64,000 bases of DNA from Chromatiales bacterium (GTDB lineage: Bacteria > Pseudomonadota > Gammaproteobacteria > Chromatiales > Chromatiaceae): positions 1,518 to 65,517 of the forward strand of contig JAKRWE010000002.1 in the NCBI GenBank assembly GCA_024712425.1, read 5' to 3'. A program made the position numbers and the translations under genes. Below the pieces are notes generated by a model, which worked only from the letters and a program-made list of their open reading frames with translations, ran no database searches and was not told where the DNA came from. Within the stretch, counting starts at the first letter, position 1. The number at the start of each line of letters is the position of its first letter. Below are positions 1-15,000 of this stretch, one piece after another.

Positions 1-237
1 ATACCCGGTGCATCGAAGATCGTGATGGTCTATCTTTGTGAACACCTCGCGGCATTCGAATACGCCTTCCTGGACTGCCAGGTATTCAACCCGCACCTCG
101 CCAGCATGGGTGCGGAAACGATCCTCCGCGAGCGCTTTCTGGATGAACTCGAAGCGGCGGTTTCCCGGGAAGAGGATCCCGCGATCTGGCAATCCCCGGC
201 GATCGACTGCAGCGAACTGGAACACGCGCGAACATGA
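1..237 (+). CDS. aat: leucyl/phenylalanyl-tRNA--protein transferase, C-terminal part (5' end lies outside the window)
   Basis: The frame is open from base 1. The tail ...EYAFLDCQVFNPHLASMGAETILRERFLDEL resembles the conserved Aat C-terminus. Its stop overlaps the next start (ATGA at 234-237). Confidence 0.65.
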   Translation: MPGASKIVMVYLCEHLAAFEYAFLDCQVFNPHLASMGAETILRERFLDELEAAVSREEDPAIWQSPAIDCSELEHART

Positions 238-983
238 GCCCGGACCGACAGCCCCTGCCCCTGTGCATCTCGGCCGCGCACGAGTGCAGTTATCTCCCTG
301 ATCGCGAATCACGCAGCCTGTTCGTGGATCCCGACGCCCCCATGAACATGGCACGCTACAGCCGGCTGATCGAGCGTGGGTTCCGGCGCAGTGGCGGTCT
401 GGTCTACCGGCCACAATGTGATAACTGCAAGCAGTGCCTGTCCGTGCGCATCCCGGTAAACCGTTTCGCCATGCGTCGCCGCTTCCGGCGCCTGTTGCGC
501 CGCAACAGCGATCTCCACATGGAAGCGCGTGACGGTGGCTTTGTACAGGCACACTATGAACTGTACTGCCGATACATGGCCGCCCGGCACGCCGACGGCA
601 GCATGGCCAACCCAACGCCGGAGGATTATGCCGGCTTCCTGATGACCGACTGGTCCGATACCCGTTTCCTCGAGCTGCGCCGCCACGACCGCCTGATGGC
701 GGCGGCTGTCACCGACGTCGTCGAGGACGGACTTTCCGCGGTATACACCTTCTTCGACCCCGATGAAGCCAGGCGCTCCCTCGGCACCCATGCAGTGCTC
801 TCCCAGTTGGAACTGTGCCGGGCACTGCGCCTGCCCTACCTGTATCTCGGCTACTGGGTGCGGGATTGGGACAAGATGCGCTACAAGGCCGATTTCAGAC
901 CCCTGCAGGTCTTCAGCGAGAACCAGTGGCGAGAATTCGGGGTGCACGAAGCGATCCGGGTGCCGGAGCTGCACGGTTCCTGA
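234..983 (+). CDS. bpt: arginyltransferase-like aspartate/glutamate leucyltransferase (Bpt)
   Basis: 249-aa ORF with an N-terminal Cys cluster (ECSYLPDR...[11 protein letters not shown]) and the length and layout of bacterial Bpt/ATE proteins. It is translationally coupled to aat. Confidence 0.8.
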   Translation: MSPDRQPLPLCISAAHECSYLPDRESRSLFVDPDAPMNMARYSRLIERGFRRSGGLVYRPQCDNCKQCLSVRIPVNRFAMRRRFRRLLRRNSDLHMEARDGGFVQAHYELYCRYMAARHADGSMANPTPEDYAGFLMTDWSDTRFLELRRHDRLMAAAVTDVVEDGLSAVYTFFDPDEARRSLGTHAVLSQLELCRALRLPYLYLGYWVRDWDKMRYKADFRPLQVFSENQWREFGVHEAIRVPELHGS

Positions 984-1077
984 GCCGACACCACGGCAAT
1001 CCCCTGAATCGGGTTCGATTTGCTATACTCCGCGCCCATCGCGGCAACGCCGCCGCAACCGGACTCAGGATCTATCG

Positions 1078-1296
1078 ATGGCGAAAGAAGATGTAATCGA
1101 AATGGAAGGGACAGTGATCGAGACACTGCCCAACACCATGTTCCGCGTGGAGTTGGAAAACGGCCACGTGGTGACCGCACATATCTCGGGCAAGATGCGC
1201 AAGCACTATATCCGCATACTCACCGGCGACAAGGTCAAGGTGGAGCTCACACCCTATGACCTGAGCAAGGGACGCATCACCTACCGCGAGCGCTGA
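1078..1296 (+). CDS. infA: translation initiation factor IF-1
   Basis: 72 aa, [30 protein letters not shown]...KGRITYRER, essentially the canonical IF-1 sequence. The ATG at 1078 lies inside the longer track ORF 763-1296. Confidence 0.95.
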   Translation: MAKEDVIEMEGTVIETLPNTMFRVELENGHVVTAHISGKMRKHYIRILTGDKVKVELTPYDLSKGRITYRER

Positions 1297-1303
1297 TACG
1301 CCT

Positions 1304-3562
1304 TCAGTGCACTGAACGGGGACGAATATCGAACGCCAGTTCATCCCCCTCGATACCGATACGCACCTCCCCCCCCTGAGCCAGGCCTCCGAACAACAGG
1401 TGCTCCGCCAGCTCCTTCTTGATCTTCTCCTGAATCAGGCGCGCCATGGGGCGCGCGCCCATGTGCGGGTCGTAGCCGTGTTGCGCCAGCCAGGCACGTG
1501 CATCCGGTTCCACTGACAGGGTCACCTGCTTTTCCTGCAGCTGCTGTTCGAGCTCGAACAGGAACTTGTCCACCACGTGCGTGATGGTCTGCTCGTCCAG
1601 CGGAGCAAACTGGATCACTGCATCCAGGCGGTTGCGGAACTCGAGGGTAAACAGCTTGTTGATGGCCTCCATGCCGTCGCTGCTGTGGTCCTGGGTCGCG
1701 AATCCGATCGAGCGGCGCGCCATCTCGCTGGCGCCGGCATTGGTGGTCATGATGATGATTACGTTGCGGAAATCAGCCTTGCGCCCGTTGTTGTCGGTCA
1801 GGGTGCCATGGTCCATCACCTGCAGCAACAGGTTGAACACGTCCGGATGGGCCTTCTCGATCTCGTCGAGCAGCAGCACCGCGTGCGGATGCTTGTTGAC
1901 CCCCTCGGTCAGTAGACCGCCCTGGTCGAAGCCCACGTAACCGGGTGGCGCACCGATCAGGCGCGACACCGTGTGCCGCTCCATGTACTCGGACATATCG
2001 AAACGGATCAACTGCATGCCGAGCACGCGGGCGAGCTGGCGGGTGACCTCGGTCTTGCCCACCCCGGTAGGGCCGGCGAACAGGAACGAGCCGACCGGTT
2101 TCTGGTCAGTGCCCAGCCCGGAGCGGTTCATGCGGATCGCCGCCGACAGGGCCTCTATGGCCGAATCCTGACCGAAGACCACCATCTGCAGGTCGCGCGT
2201 CAGGTTCTTCAGGGATTCGGTATCGCTGGCCGAGACCTTGCGCGGCGGAATCCGCGCGATCTTGGCCACGATGCTCTCGATCTCGTTTATCCCGATGGTC
2301 TTCTTGCGGCGCGAGGGCGCCAGCAACTGGTTGGCTGCACCCGCCTCGTCGATCACATCGATGGCCTTGTCCGGCATGTGGCGGTCGTTGATGAACTTAT
2401 CCGCTAACTCGGCGGCAGAGCGCAGCGCCCGCGCCGAGTACTTGACCTGGTGGTGCTCCTCGAAGCGGGATTTCAGTCCCTTGAGGATACGGATGGTGTC
2501 CTCGACCGAGGGCTCCTCGATATCCACCTTCTGGAAACGCCGCGCCAGGGCGCGATCCTTTTCGAAGATGCCCCGGTATTCCTGGTAGGTGGTCGAACCG
2601 ATGCAACGCAGATCACCCGAGGCCAGCATGGGCTTGATCAGGTTGGATGCATCCATGACCCCGCCGGAAGCGGCGCCGGCGCCGATGATGGTGTGGATCT
2701 CGTCGATGAACAGCACGGCCTCGGGCTGAGCCTTCAGCTCGACCAGCATCGCCTTGAGGCGTTTCTCGAAATCACCCCGGTACTTGGTTCCGGCCACCAG
2801 GCCGCCGAGATCGAGGGCGTACAGGGTGCAGGGAGAAAGCACCTCCGGCACCTCGCCGTCCACGATGCGCTTGGCCAGGCCTTCCGCAATGGCCGTCTTG
2901 CCCACCCCGGCCTCGCCTACCAGCAGGGGATTGTTCTTGCGTCGCCGGCACAGAATCTGGATGGTTCGCTCGACTTCGGGTTGGCGCCCGATCAGCGGGT
3001 CGATCTTGCCCTGGCGGGCCAGCTCGTTGAGGTTGGAGGCATAGGTATCGAGGGCGCTCTGCCGGGCCTCCCCCTCCCCCGTTTGCGCAGGCACATCGCT
3101 CTCATCGTGCTCGTGCTGAGACTCGCTCGGCACCTTGGAGATGCCATGCGAGATGTAGTTCACCACGTCCAGGCGATGGATGTCCTGCTTCTCAAGGAAA
3201 TAGACCGCCTGCGAATCCTGCTCGCTGAAGATCGCCACCAGCACATTGGCGCCGGTGACCTCGTTCTTCTCGGATGACTGGACATGGAAGACCGCGCGCT
3301 GCAGCACTCGCTGGAAACCGAGTGTGGGCTGGGTCTCACGGTCCTCGTCCAGCGGCATGCGCGGCGTGGTCTCTTCGAGGAATTCGATCAGTTCCGAGCG
3401 CAGCGTGGTCATATCGGCCGCACAGGCACGCAGCACTTCCGCGGCCGCCGGGTTGTCCAGCAAGGCCAGCAGGAGGTGCTCGATGGTCATGAATTCATGC
3501 TGGTACTCCCGCGCCTCACGGAAAGCCTGGTTCAGCGTGAATTCAAGTTCTTTGCTCAACAT
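1304..3562 (-). CDS. clpA: ATP-dependent Clp protease ATP-binding subunit ClpA
   Basis: 752 aa with a Clp N-domain and two AAA+ modules (Walker A GEAGVGKT and GPTGVGKT). clpS sits directly upstream. Confidence 0.95.
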   Translation of the reverse strand: MLSKELEFTLNQAFREAREYQHEFMTIEHLLLALLDNPAAAEVLRACAADMTTLRSELIEFLEETTPRMPLDEDRETQPTLGFQRVLQRAVFHVQSSEKNEVTGANVLVAIFSEQDSQAVYFLEKQDIHRLDVVNYISHGISKVPSESQHEHDESDVPAQTGEGEARQSALDTYASNLNELARQGKIDPLIGRQPEVERTIQILCRRRKNNPLLVGEAGVGKTAIAEGLAKRIVDGEVPEVLSPCTLYALDLGGLVAGTKYRGDFEKRLKAMLVELKAQPEAVLFIDEIHTIIGAGAASGGVMDASNLIKPMLASGDLRCIGSTTYQEYRGIFEKDRALARRFQKVDIEEPSVEDTIRILKGLKSRFEEHHQVKYSARALRSAAELADKFINDRHMPDKAIDVIDEAGAANQLLAPSRRKKTIGINEIESIVAKIARIPPRKVSASDTESLKNLTRDLQMVVFGQDSAIEALSAAIRMNRSGLGTDQKPVGSFLFAGPTGVGKTEVTRQLARVLGMQLIRFDMSEYMERHTVSRLIGAPPGYVGFDQGGLLTEGVNKHPHAVLLLDEIEKAHPDVFNLLLQVMDHGTLTDNNGRKADFRNVIIIMTTNAGASEMARRSIGFATQDHSSDGMEAINKLFTLEFRNRLDAVIQFAPLDEQTITHVVDKFLFELEQQLQEKQVTLSVEPDARAWLAQHGYDPHMGARPMARLIQEKIKKELAEHLLFGGLAQGGEVRIGIEGDELAFDIRPRSVH

Positions 3563-3621
3563 GCCTCTACCTGTTTCTCAGTGCTTCCGGAATAAGACCG
3601 CCCGGGCCCCGGAAAAATCCC

Positions 3622-3939
3622 TCACGCCTCCTCCATGTCACACAGCAGCGGGTGCTGGTTGGCGCGCGAAAACTCGTTCACCTGGGTGACCTTGGTCTCG
3701 GCGACATCCTTGGTGAATATGCCGCACACACCCACACCGCGTGTATGCACGTGGAGCATGATGCGGGTCGCCTTTTCCTTGTCCATATAGAAAAAGTGCT
3801 CGAGCACATGCACCACGAACTCCATGGGAGTGTAGTCGTCATTCAGCAGAATAACTTTATACAGCGGCGGCTTTTTGAGCTTCGGCTTTGCTGGCTCGAC
3901 CGCGAGGCCGCCTTCGTCATGTCGATGATCATTGCTCAT
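3622..3939 (-). CDS. clpS: Clp protease adaptor ClpS
   Basis: 105 aa with the hallmark [23 protein letters not shown]. It has the conserved position upstream of clpA. Confidence 0.9.
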   Translation of the reverse strand: MSNDHRHDEGGLAVEPAKPKLKKPPLYKVILLNDDYTPMEFVVHVLEHFFYMDKEKATRIMLHVHTRGVGVCGIFTKDVAETKVTQVNEFSRANQHPLLCDMEEA

Positions 3940-4238
3940 GGTCTGGCAAAAATCCGGATATTCTTAATGTATTTATTCTGACCTATGCCAGATGGGTTGA
4001 AAACGGGCGATTTCAAGGGCAATCCTTTATGGCGAACTGCGTACGGACATTTACACAGGCCGCTCTTACAGCATATTAGTAAATATAAAACAATTGAAAA
4101 TACAAGCACTTGTTTGACCCCGGCAAAACAAAAGCTATACTTGACCACCGATGTCGACATTAAGGGTGCCGGTAACAACAATACCAGCCGGTCCCTCGCG
4201 GGCATCGGAGATGTAAATACCCCATGGGAGGACTGAAG

Positions 4239-4454
4239 ATGGTCACTGGTGTAGTAAAGTGGTTCAACAATGCAAAGGGTTACGGGTTTGTAACCCCGGA
4301 TGAAGGTGATCAGGACATCTTTGTGCATTTCAGCGCAATCGAAATGGATGGATACCGCACCCTCAAGGAGGGACAGCGGGTCGAGTTCGAGGTGGAACAG
4401 GGTCCCAAGGGCCTGCATGCACTCAAACTGCATTCCGCCCAGGCGATGGCCTGA
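4239..4454 (+). CDS. cspD: cold-shock domain protein (CspD-like)
   Basis: Carries the [12 protein letters not shown] and [12 protein letters not shown] motifs. A GGGAGGA Shine-Dalgarno precedes ATG 4239 (the track ORF starts at 4224). The synteny next to clpS matches E. coli cspD. Confidence 0.85.
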   Translation: MVTGVVKWFNNAKGYGFVTPDEGDQDIFVHFSAIEMDGYRTLKEGQRVEFEVEQGPKGLHALKLHSAQAMA

Positions 4455-4478
4455 TTTTCGGGCCTTTCCGAAACGCAG

Positions 4479-4508
4479 CAAAAAGCCCGCCGACCGGCGG
4501 GCTTTTTG
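4479..4508. terminator. bidirectional rho-independent terminator between cspD and icd
   Basis: AAAAAGCCCGCCGACCGGCGGGCTTTTT: a GC stem flanked by an A-run and a T-run, lying between convergent genes. Confidence 0.8.
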
Positions 4509-4532
4509 CTGTTTCGCAGCGGGCGCCGCGCC

Positions 4533-5789
<1,257 letters not shown>

Positions 5790-5856
5790 CTTGCTTAATC
5801 CGCTTGCAGTTGCTTGAAAACGCCACATTTTAGCATCAACCAACACGACATCGCGC

Positions 5857-6450
5857 ATGCCCAGGCTTGTACTTTTCAATAAACCCTTCAACGTGCTGAG
5901 CCAGTTCACCGATGCCGAAGGACGCGAGACCCTGGCCGATTACATCGAACTGCCCGGCGTGTACCCGGCCGGCCGCCTGGACCGGGACAGCGAGGGACTC
6001 CTGCTGCTGACCGACGACGGCGCCCTGGCCCACCAGTTGACCGAGCCGCGCAAGCCCACCTGGAAGACCTACTGGGCGCAGGTGGAGGGCGAGATCGACA
6101 AAACAGCCCTGAAGGCACTGCGCAAGGGCGTTACGCTCAAGGACGGCCCCACCCGCCCGGCACGCGCCAGAAAAATCGACGAGCCGGCCATCTGGCCACG
6201 TACGCCGCCGGTCCGATACCGGGCCAGCATCCCCACCTCCTGGCTGGAACTGCAGATCCGTGAGGGACGCAACCGCCAGGTGCGGCGCATGACCGCAGCG
6301 GTTGGCTTTCCCACCCTGCGCCTGGTACGCGCAGCGGTCGGCGAATGGACGCTGAACGGCCTGCAACCCGGTGCCTACCGCCAGATCGAGGTGGCCCCGA
6401 CTCCACGCCGCGTGACACAAGGTCGCCGCAGACCGTCCCGAAGGCGATAG
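5857..6450 (+). CDS. rluE: 23S rRNA pseudouridine synthase RluE
   Basis: [16 protein letters not shown]...[18 protein letters not shown]...[20 protein letters not shown] matches the RluE family. The icd-rluE-nudix-mnmA-hflD-purB order matches E. coli. Confidence 0.85.
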   Translation: MPRLVLFNKPFNVLSQFTDAEGRETLADYIELPGVYPAGRLDRDSEGLLLLTDDGALAHQLTEPRKPTWKTYWAQVEGEIDKTALKALRKGVTLKDGPTRPARARKIDEPAIWPRTPPVRYRASIPTSWLELQIREGRNRQVRRMTAAVGFPTLRLVRAAVGEWTLNGLQPGAYRQIEVAPTPRRVTQGRRRPSRRR

Positions 6451-6459
6451 AATTGGCGC

Positions 6460-7992
6460 ATGAGATGGCACCCCCGAGTTACCGTGGCCGCGGTTATCCG
6501 CAACGCCGATGGCCGGCACCTGCTGGTAAAAGAGAAACCGCGTGGCGAGATCGTGTTCAACCAGCCCGCCGGCCACCTGGAAGCAGGTGAATCCCTGATC
6601 GAGGCCATCATCCGCGAGGTGCGAGAGGAGACCTGCCGCGCATTCACGCCCGAGGCCCTGCTCGGCGTCTATCGCTGGCAGATCCCGCCGCACGGAGACA
6701 CCTACCTGCGTTTCTGTTTCATTGGCCGGGTCGGCGAGGAGCAGCCCGGACTGACGCGCGACCCGGACATCCTGGATACCTGCTGGCTGGCACCCGGGCA
6801 ACTGGACAGCCCCGGACTGGACAGCCGCAGTCCCATGGTCAGACGGTGCATGGAGGACGCCATGGCCGGGAAGGCCTACCCCCTGGATCTGCTGCACGAA
6901 ATGCCCCCCCCGATGGCGGATAGGCCGCTGGACGTCATCGTCGGACTCTCGGGCGGCGTGGACTCCTCGGTGGCCGCCCTGCGCCTGGTCGAGGCCGGAC
7001 ACCGGGTACGCGGGCTGTTCATGAAGAACTGGGGGGAGGACGACAGCGGGGACCACTGCTCTGCCGCCGAGGACCTGGCCGATGCCCGACAGGTCGCCGA
7101 TCGGCTGGGCATCGAGTTGCTGACCGTCAATTTTTCGGCCGAGTACTGGGACCGGGTGTTTGCCTACTTTCTCGATGAATACCGTGCCGGGCGCACACCC
7201 AATCCGGACGTGCTGTGCAACCGCGAGATCAAGTTCAAGGCGTTCCTCGATTACGCGCTGGAACTGGGTGCCGACCGCATCGCCACCGGGCACTATGCCG
7301 GCGTGCGCCGCAGCGGCGACTCGGTGCAGCTGATCAGGGCTCATGACGAGAACAAGGACCAGACCTATTTCCTCTACATGCTGGGTCAGGCCGCCCTGCG
7401 GCATGCCCTGTTTCCGCTGCATGCCCTGGACAAATCCGAGGTGCGCCGAATCGCGGAACAGGCCGGCTTCGCCAATTTCCGCAAGAAGGACAGCACCGGC
7501 ATCTGTTTCATCGGCGAGCGCCGCTTCCGGGACTTCCTCGCCCGCTATCTGCCGGCCAACCCCGGCCGCATTGAAACCCTCGAGGGCGAGACGCTGGGCG
7601 AGCACCAGGGGCTGATGTACTACACCATCGGTCAGCGCCAGGGGCTGGGCATCGGCGGCACCCGCACACACGACGACAGACCCTGGTTCGTGGTCCAAAA
7701 AGACCTGCAGCGCAACGTGCTGCTGGTGGCACAGGGACACGACCACCCTGCCCTGATGCGCCAGGAACTGGATGCGGAACAACTGCACTGGGTCGCCGGT
7801 ACGCCGCCTGCTGCATCCTTTCGCTGCCAGGCGCGTTGCCGCCACCGTCAGCCGTTGCAGGACTGTGAGGTGCGCATTGCCGGCGATACGGCCCATGTGC
7901 GCTTCGACCAGGCCCAGCGCGCGCTCACCCCGGGGCAGTCGGTGGTGTTCTACCAGGACGAGGTGTGCCTGGGCGGCGGGATCATCCAGTGA
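6460..7992 (+). CDS. mnmA: NUDIX hydrolase (NudJ-like) fused in frame to tRNA 2-thiouridine(34) synthase MnmA
   Basis: The N-terminal ~145 aa carry a Nudix box ([22 protein letters not shown]). From about nt 6901 ([25 protein letters not shown]-loop) to the end is full-length MnmA. No stop codon separates the two parts. Confidence 0.85.
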   Translation: MRWHPRVTVAAVIRNADGRHLLVKEKPRGEIVFNQPAGHLEAGESLIEAIIREVREETCRAFTPEALLGVYRWQIPPHGDTYLRFCFIGRVGEEQPGLTRDPDILDTCWLAPGQLDSPGLDSRSPMVRRCMEDAMAGKAYPLDLLHEMPPPMADRPLDVIVGLSGGVDSSVAALRLVEAGHRVRGLFMKNWGEDDSGDHCSAAEDLADARQVADRLGIELLTVNFSAEYWDRVFAYFLDEYRAGRTPNPDVLCNREIKFKAFLDYALELGADRIATGHYAGVRRSGDSVQLIRAHDENKDQTYFLYMLGQAALRHALFPLHALDKSEVRRIAEQAGFANFRKKDSTGICFIGERRFRDFLARYLPANPGRIETLEGETLGEHQGLMYYTIGQRQGLGIGGTRTHDDRPWFVVQKDLQRNVLLVAQGHDHPALMRQELDAEQLHWVAGTPPAASFRCQARCRHRQPLQDCEVRIAGDTAHVRFDQAQRALTPGQSVVFYQDEVCLGGGIIQ

Positions 7993-8612
7993 GTGGCCGG
8001 CACGACGATCGCGATCGCACGATCGCCCTGGCCGGCGTGTTCCAGGCAGCGCAGTTGGTCACCGCGCTGGCCCGCAATGGCCAGTGCGAGCAGGCAGCGC
8101 TGCAATCCAGTATCGAATCCCTGTTCCAGTTCACGCCCGACTCGGTCGAGGCCGTGTATGGCGGCATCGCCGGCCTGGAGACCGGACTGAGCACGCTGAT
8201 AATGCAGCTCGACCAACCGGCCCGACGCGACCTCGAGGTCGCCCGCTATGCCATCTCGCTGATCACCCATGGCGACAAACTGCTCAAGGACCGTCCCCGC
8301 TTCGAGGCGCTGGGCAAGGACCTGGAAATACTCGAGCAAAAGACCCGTCATTTCGACTTGGCCGATTACTCGCGCACGGCCCACCTCGCGCGCCTCTACC
8401 AACAGTACATCAGCCCGGTACAGCCGCAGATCCTGGTGCGCGGGGAACCGCTGTATCTGCAAAACCCGCAGATCGCGGAGCAGATCCGCAGTATCCTGCT
8501 GGCAGGCATCCGTGCTGCGGTACTGTGGCGGCAATGCGGGGGACGCCGCTGGCAGCTGATCATGCGCCGGCGCAAAACCACGGAAATTGCCCAGGATCTG
8601 CTTGAACCCTGA
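7965..8612 (+). CDS. hflD: high-frequency-of-lysogenization protein HflD
   Basis: [23 protein letters not shown]... is the typical HflD N-terminus. The true start is probably GTG 7989, which overlaps the mnmA stop (GTGA). Confidence 0.8.
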   Translation: MPGRRDHPVSGRHDDRDRTIALAGVFQAAQLVTALARNGQCEQAALQSSIESLFQFTPDSVEAVYGGIAGLETGLSTLIMQLDQPARRDLEVARYAISLITHGDKLLKDRPRFEALGKDLEILEQKTRHFDLADYSRTAHLARLYQQYISPVQPQILVRGEPLYLQNPQIAEQIRSILLAGIRAAVLWRQCGGRRWQLIMRRRKTTEIAQDLLEP

Positions 8613-8665
8613 GCGCTGAATGCTGTCACTATCCCATCCATCACTCACTCAAACGGGAAACAACA

Positions 8666-9076
8666 ATGAAGCAATCCATCCTGCTGCTGGCAACCATCAC
8701 CGGCGTCCTCACCCTGGCTGCCTGCAGCGACAACAGTTCCAATGGACAGGCAGACGCGCCGCCCGCGAGCACGCAGTCCAATGCACCTGTCAGCGAAAAG
8801 GCAGAGAAACTGGCCGATGATGCCAAGGATCTTGGCAGCAGCGTATGGCAGGCCACCAAGGAGAAAACCGGTGAGCTGGTCGACACGGGCAAGCAGGCCC
8901 TCGACAATGCCTCCAACGCAACGGCCGAGGCCGTCGAATCGGTGAAGGAGAAGACTGCCGAGGTCTACCAGAGCGCCAAGGAAAAGACCTCCGAGGTGAT
9001 CGACAGCGCCAAGGAGCGCATGGGCTCCGACAGCCAGCAACAGCCGGCACCGGTTGTGGACCCACGAAAAATCTGA
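8666..9076 (+). CDS. putative lipoprotein with KEKT-type repeats (LEA/YtxH-like composition)
   Basis: Signal peptide with lipobox LTLAAC|S. Low-complexity repeats follow: ATKEKTGELV / SVKEKTAEVY / SAKEKTSEVI. Confidence 0.55.
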   Translation: MKQSILLLATITGVLTLAACSDNSSNGQADAPPASTQSNAPVSEKAEKLADDAKDLGSSVWQATKEKTGELVDTGKQALDNASNATAEAVESVKEKTAEVYQSAKEKTSEVIDSAKERMGSDSQQQPAPVVDPRKI

Positions 9077-9125
9077 CCCACCCGAAAACATTCGCTGCCA
9101 AGGCTGCTCCTACACACCGCCCCCC

Positions 9126-9149
9126 GTAGGAGCGGGCTTGCCCGCGAAG
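9126..9149. repeat. REP-like palindromic unit (GTAGGAGCGGGCTTGCCCGCGAAG)
   Basis: GC hairpin CGCGGGCAAGCCCGC. The same core recurs at 60553-60574, and in degenerate form at 63816-63830. Confidence 0.6.
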
Positions 9150-9198
9150 AAACATCGTGCTGATCCGAAACCGTGCCATCGCCAAACACAAGCCCTGA

Positions 9199-10614
<1,416 letters not shown>

Positions 10615-10641
10615 ACCTCGCCCAGGCGTTACCACGGACAG

Positions 10642-10668
10642 AAAAAACCGGCGCCTGGCCGGTTTTTT
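10642..10668. terminator. bidirectional rho-independent terminator between purB and ihfB
   Basis: AAAAAACCGGCGCCTGGCCGGTTTTTT lies between convergent genes. Confidence 0.8.
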
Positions 10669-10692
10669 CAGCATTCAACGAAAGTGCCGTAC

Positions 10693-11001
10693 TCAGGCGT
10701 TTTCTTCCAGCTCCCGCAGGTAACCGTTGTTCACCCGCTCGCGCAACTCCTTGCCCGGCTTGAAGTGCGGCACGTACTTGCCTGAAAGCTGCACCGAGTC
10801 ACCGGTCTTGGGGTTACGCCCCACACGCGGCGGACGGTAGTGCAGCGAGAAACTGCCAAAGCCGCGAATCTCGATACGGTCACCCGTGGCGAGCGCACGG
10901 CTCATCTGCTCGATCATGCATTTGACCGCCAATTCCACATCGCGGTACGCCAAGTGGCTCTGCTCCCTGGCAATGACTTCGATCAGTTCCGATTTGGTCA
11001 T
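10693..11001 (-). CDS. ihfB: integration host factor subunit beta
   Basis: 102 aa, MTKSELIE...[29 protein letters not shown]..., matching the IHF-beta/HU fold sequence. It lies downstream of rpsA. Confidence 0.93.
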   Translation of the reverse strand: MTKSELIEVIAREQSHLAYRDVELAVKCMIEQMSRALATGDRIEIRGFGSFSLHYRPPRVGRNPKTGDSVQLSGKYVPHFKPGKELRERVNNGYLRELEENA

Positions 11002-11067
11002 TACATGCTTCCGTTGGTTTGCGGGACGACGCGCTCACGCCGCCCCGCTGTTTCGGTGGTCTGCCGC

Positions 11068-12747
<1,680 letters not shown>

Positions 12748-12913
12748 GATGTGTGTACCTAATAGCCCGTTGTTCACGGACTGCTCGAACCGCTCGACCA
12801 GATGGCCTGTGCGGCATTGGTTGATGTTGAACAAACGCAGCCATCACTGGCCACACCCGGTTTAACAGGGGACAAGCCCCAAAACAAACAGCCCCGGCAA
12901 GGCGGGACTGCAA

Positions 12914-13582
12914 CTACGACAGGCCACGCTCCCGCGCGGCCAGCAGTATCCTTGCGACCACCTCGTCGATCGTCATGGCGGTCGAATCGATGGTCAACGC
13001 GCCCTCGGCAGGCGCCAACGGTGAAGCACTGCGAGAGCTGTCGCGCTCATCGCGTTCACGTATCTCTGCTGCAAGATCGGCAATATTAGACGCTATCCCC
13101 TTTTCTTTCAACTGCTTATAGCGTCTTTCGGCCCGTTCTTCCGCGCTTGCGGTCAGAAACACCTTGAGCGGCGCATCGGGGAACACGGTCGTGCCCATGT
13201 CCCGGCCGTCGGCAACCAGGCCCGGCAGACGGGCAGCCTCGCGCTGCCAGTCCAGCAGCGCAGCCCGCACCTCCGGCATCGCCGCGACCCTGGAGGCGTT
13301 GTTGCCTGCCTGCTCGGTGCGGATGGCTAGGGACACGTCTTCGCCGTCCAGATAGACCTTTCCATCCGCAAATTTCACATCGAGTTTTCGCGCTATTTCC
13401 GCGGCTTGGGATGGATTGTTGAAGTCACTTCCCGATTTTTCGACCGCAAAGGCGGTCAGTCGGTAGAGCGCGCCGGAGTCCAGGATGTGCCAGCCAAGCG
13501 CCCCGGCCACCCGCGCCGATACCGTGCCCTTGCCCGAGCCGCTGGGGCCGTCGATGGTGATGACCGGGACTGGATCACTCAT
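12914..13582 (-). CDS. cmk: cytidylate kinase
   Basis: ITIDGPSGSGKGTVS P-loop. It sits in the conserved aroA-cmk-rpsA cluster. Confidence 0.92.
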   Translation of the reverse strand: MSDPVPVITIDGPSGSGKGTVSARVAGALGWHILDSGALYRLTAFAVEKSGSDFNNPSQAAEIARKLDVKFADGKVYLDGEDVSLAIRTEQAGNNASRVAAMPEVRAALLDWQREAARLPGLVADGRDMGTTVFPDAPLKVFLTASAEERAERRYKQLKEKGIASNIADLAAEIRERDERDSSRSASPLAPAEGALTIDSTAMTIDEVVARILLAARERGLS

Positions 13583-14891
13583 CGGAGGCCCCGATCTGCA
13601 GCCCGGTCGAAGCGGCCAGCGCCACGAAACCCGGGAACGAGGTGTTCACATTGGCACAGTCATCGATGACGATTTCGCCGTCGGCGCGCAACGCGGCCAT
13701 GGCAAAGGCCATCGCGATGCGGTGATCGCCATGGCTGTCGACCCGCCCGCCCGAGAGCGAACCGCCCTGGATGACGATGCCGTCCGGCGTCGGGTCCGCC
13801 TGTACTCCGAGTGCCTGCAGCCCATCGGCCATGACCTGGATACGATCGGACTCCTTGACCCGCAGCTCCTCGGCGCCGGTGAGAACCGTCTCGCCCTCTG
13901 CGCAGGCCGCCGCGACGAACAACGCGGGGAACTCGTCGATGGCCAGCGGCACCTGGTCCTTGGGTATGCGGATGCCCTTCAGTCTGGCCGAGCGGACGCG
14001 CAGGTCGGCCACCGGTTCGCCGCCTACCTCGCGTTCATTGCTGACCACGATATCGGCCCCCATCCGACGCAGGATGTTGATCACGCCATCGCGGGTCGGG
14101 TTCATGCCCACGTGGCGCAGCGTCAGCTCCGAGCCCTCCGCGATGCTTGCCCCGACCAGGAAGAAGGCCGCGGAAGAGATGTCAGAGGGCACATCGATAT
14201 CACAGGCCGTGAGGCTGCCGCCACCGCGCAGACCGCGTCGCGGTCCCTCCTCCATCACCTCGTAGCCGAAGCCGCGCAGCATGCGCTCGGTATGGTCACG
14301 GGTGGGCGCCGGCTCGGTGACCCAGGTCTCGCCGTCCGCGTAGAGGCCGGCCAGCAACAGGCAGGACTTGACCTGCGCACTGGCCACCGGCATCTCGTAG
14401 TCGATGCCACGCAGGCCGTCCACCGGTCGTATAACCAGCGGCGCAGTGCCCTTGGGCGTGGTGTTGATCTCGGCCCCCATCAGCGCCAGGGGCTCGGTGA
14501 CCCGCTTCATGGGCCGACGCGACAGCGAATCGTCACCGATCAGCGTCACCTCGAACCCCTGACCGGCCAGCAGGCCGGCGAGCAGTCGCATCGAGGTCCC
14601 CGAATTACCCAGGTCCAGCGGCTCATCCGGCGCCTGCAGGCCGTGCGTGCCCACGCCGTGAATGGTCACCTTTCCATCGGCCGGCCCCTCAATCTCCACG
14701 CCCATGGCACGGAAGGCCCGCAGCGTCGCCAGGGCGTCATCGCCCTCGAGAAAACCCTCCACCTGCGTCGTGCCCCACGCAAGCGAGCCGAGCATGATGG
14801 AGCGATGGGAGATGGACTTGTCGCCCGGCACCCGGATATCGCCGCGCAGCACACCGCCCGGCCGGACCTCGAATCGAAGATTGGAAGACAC
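13575..14891 (-). CDS. aroA: 3-phosphoshikimate 1-carboxyvinyltransferase (EPSP synthase)
   Basis: 438 aa with EPSP synthase motifs (PGDKSISHR, LGNSGTSMRLL). Confidence 0.93.
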   Translation of the reverse strand: MSSNLRFEVRPGGVLRGDIRVPGDKSISHRSIMLGSLAWGTTQVEGFLEGDDALATLRAFRAMGVEIEGPADGKVTIHGVGTHGLQAPDEPLDLGNSGTSMRLLAGLLAGQGFEVTLIGDDSLSRRPMKRVTEPLALMGAEINTTPKGTAPLVIRPVDGLRGIDYEMPVASAQVKSCLLLAGLYADGETWVTEPAPTRDHTERMLRGFGYEVMEEGPRRGLRGGGSLTACDIDVPSDISSAAFFLVGASIAEGSELTLRHVGMNPTRDGVINILRRMGADIVVSNEREVGGEPVADLRVRSARLKGIRIPKDQVPLAIDEFPALFVAAACAEGETVLTGAEELRVKESDRIQVMADGLQALGVQADPTPDGIVIQGGSLSGGRVDSHGDHRIAMAFAMAALRADGEIVIDDCANVNTSFPGFVALAASTGLQIGASDE

Positions 14892-15000
14892 CCTGATATA
14901 CCTGTGTATCCTGAAAGGCGCAGAAGGCTACCATACCGACCGACGGCCAGACCACCTCGGCCAGCACCCGGCATCCTCGACATACCTTCCGAATAGCGGG

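Noticed and set aside
5836-7896. A 686-aa minus-strand ORF. Similar long antisense ORFs occur at 10840-12762, 13485-14996, 15864-18119, 18116-19462, 33250-34353, 35209-36756, 54866-56494 and 57612-59642.
   Set aside because: All lie opposite strongly conserved genes (rluE/mnmA, rpsA, aroA, hisC/pheA, serA, eno, pyrG and the ABC genes). They show GC-skewed shadow-frame composition.
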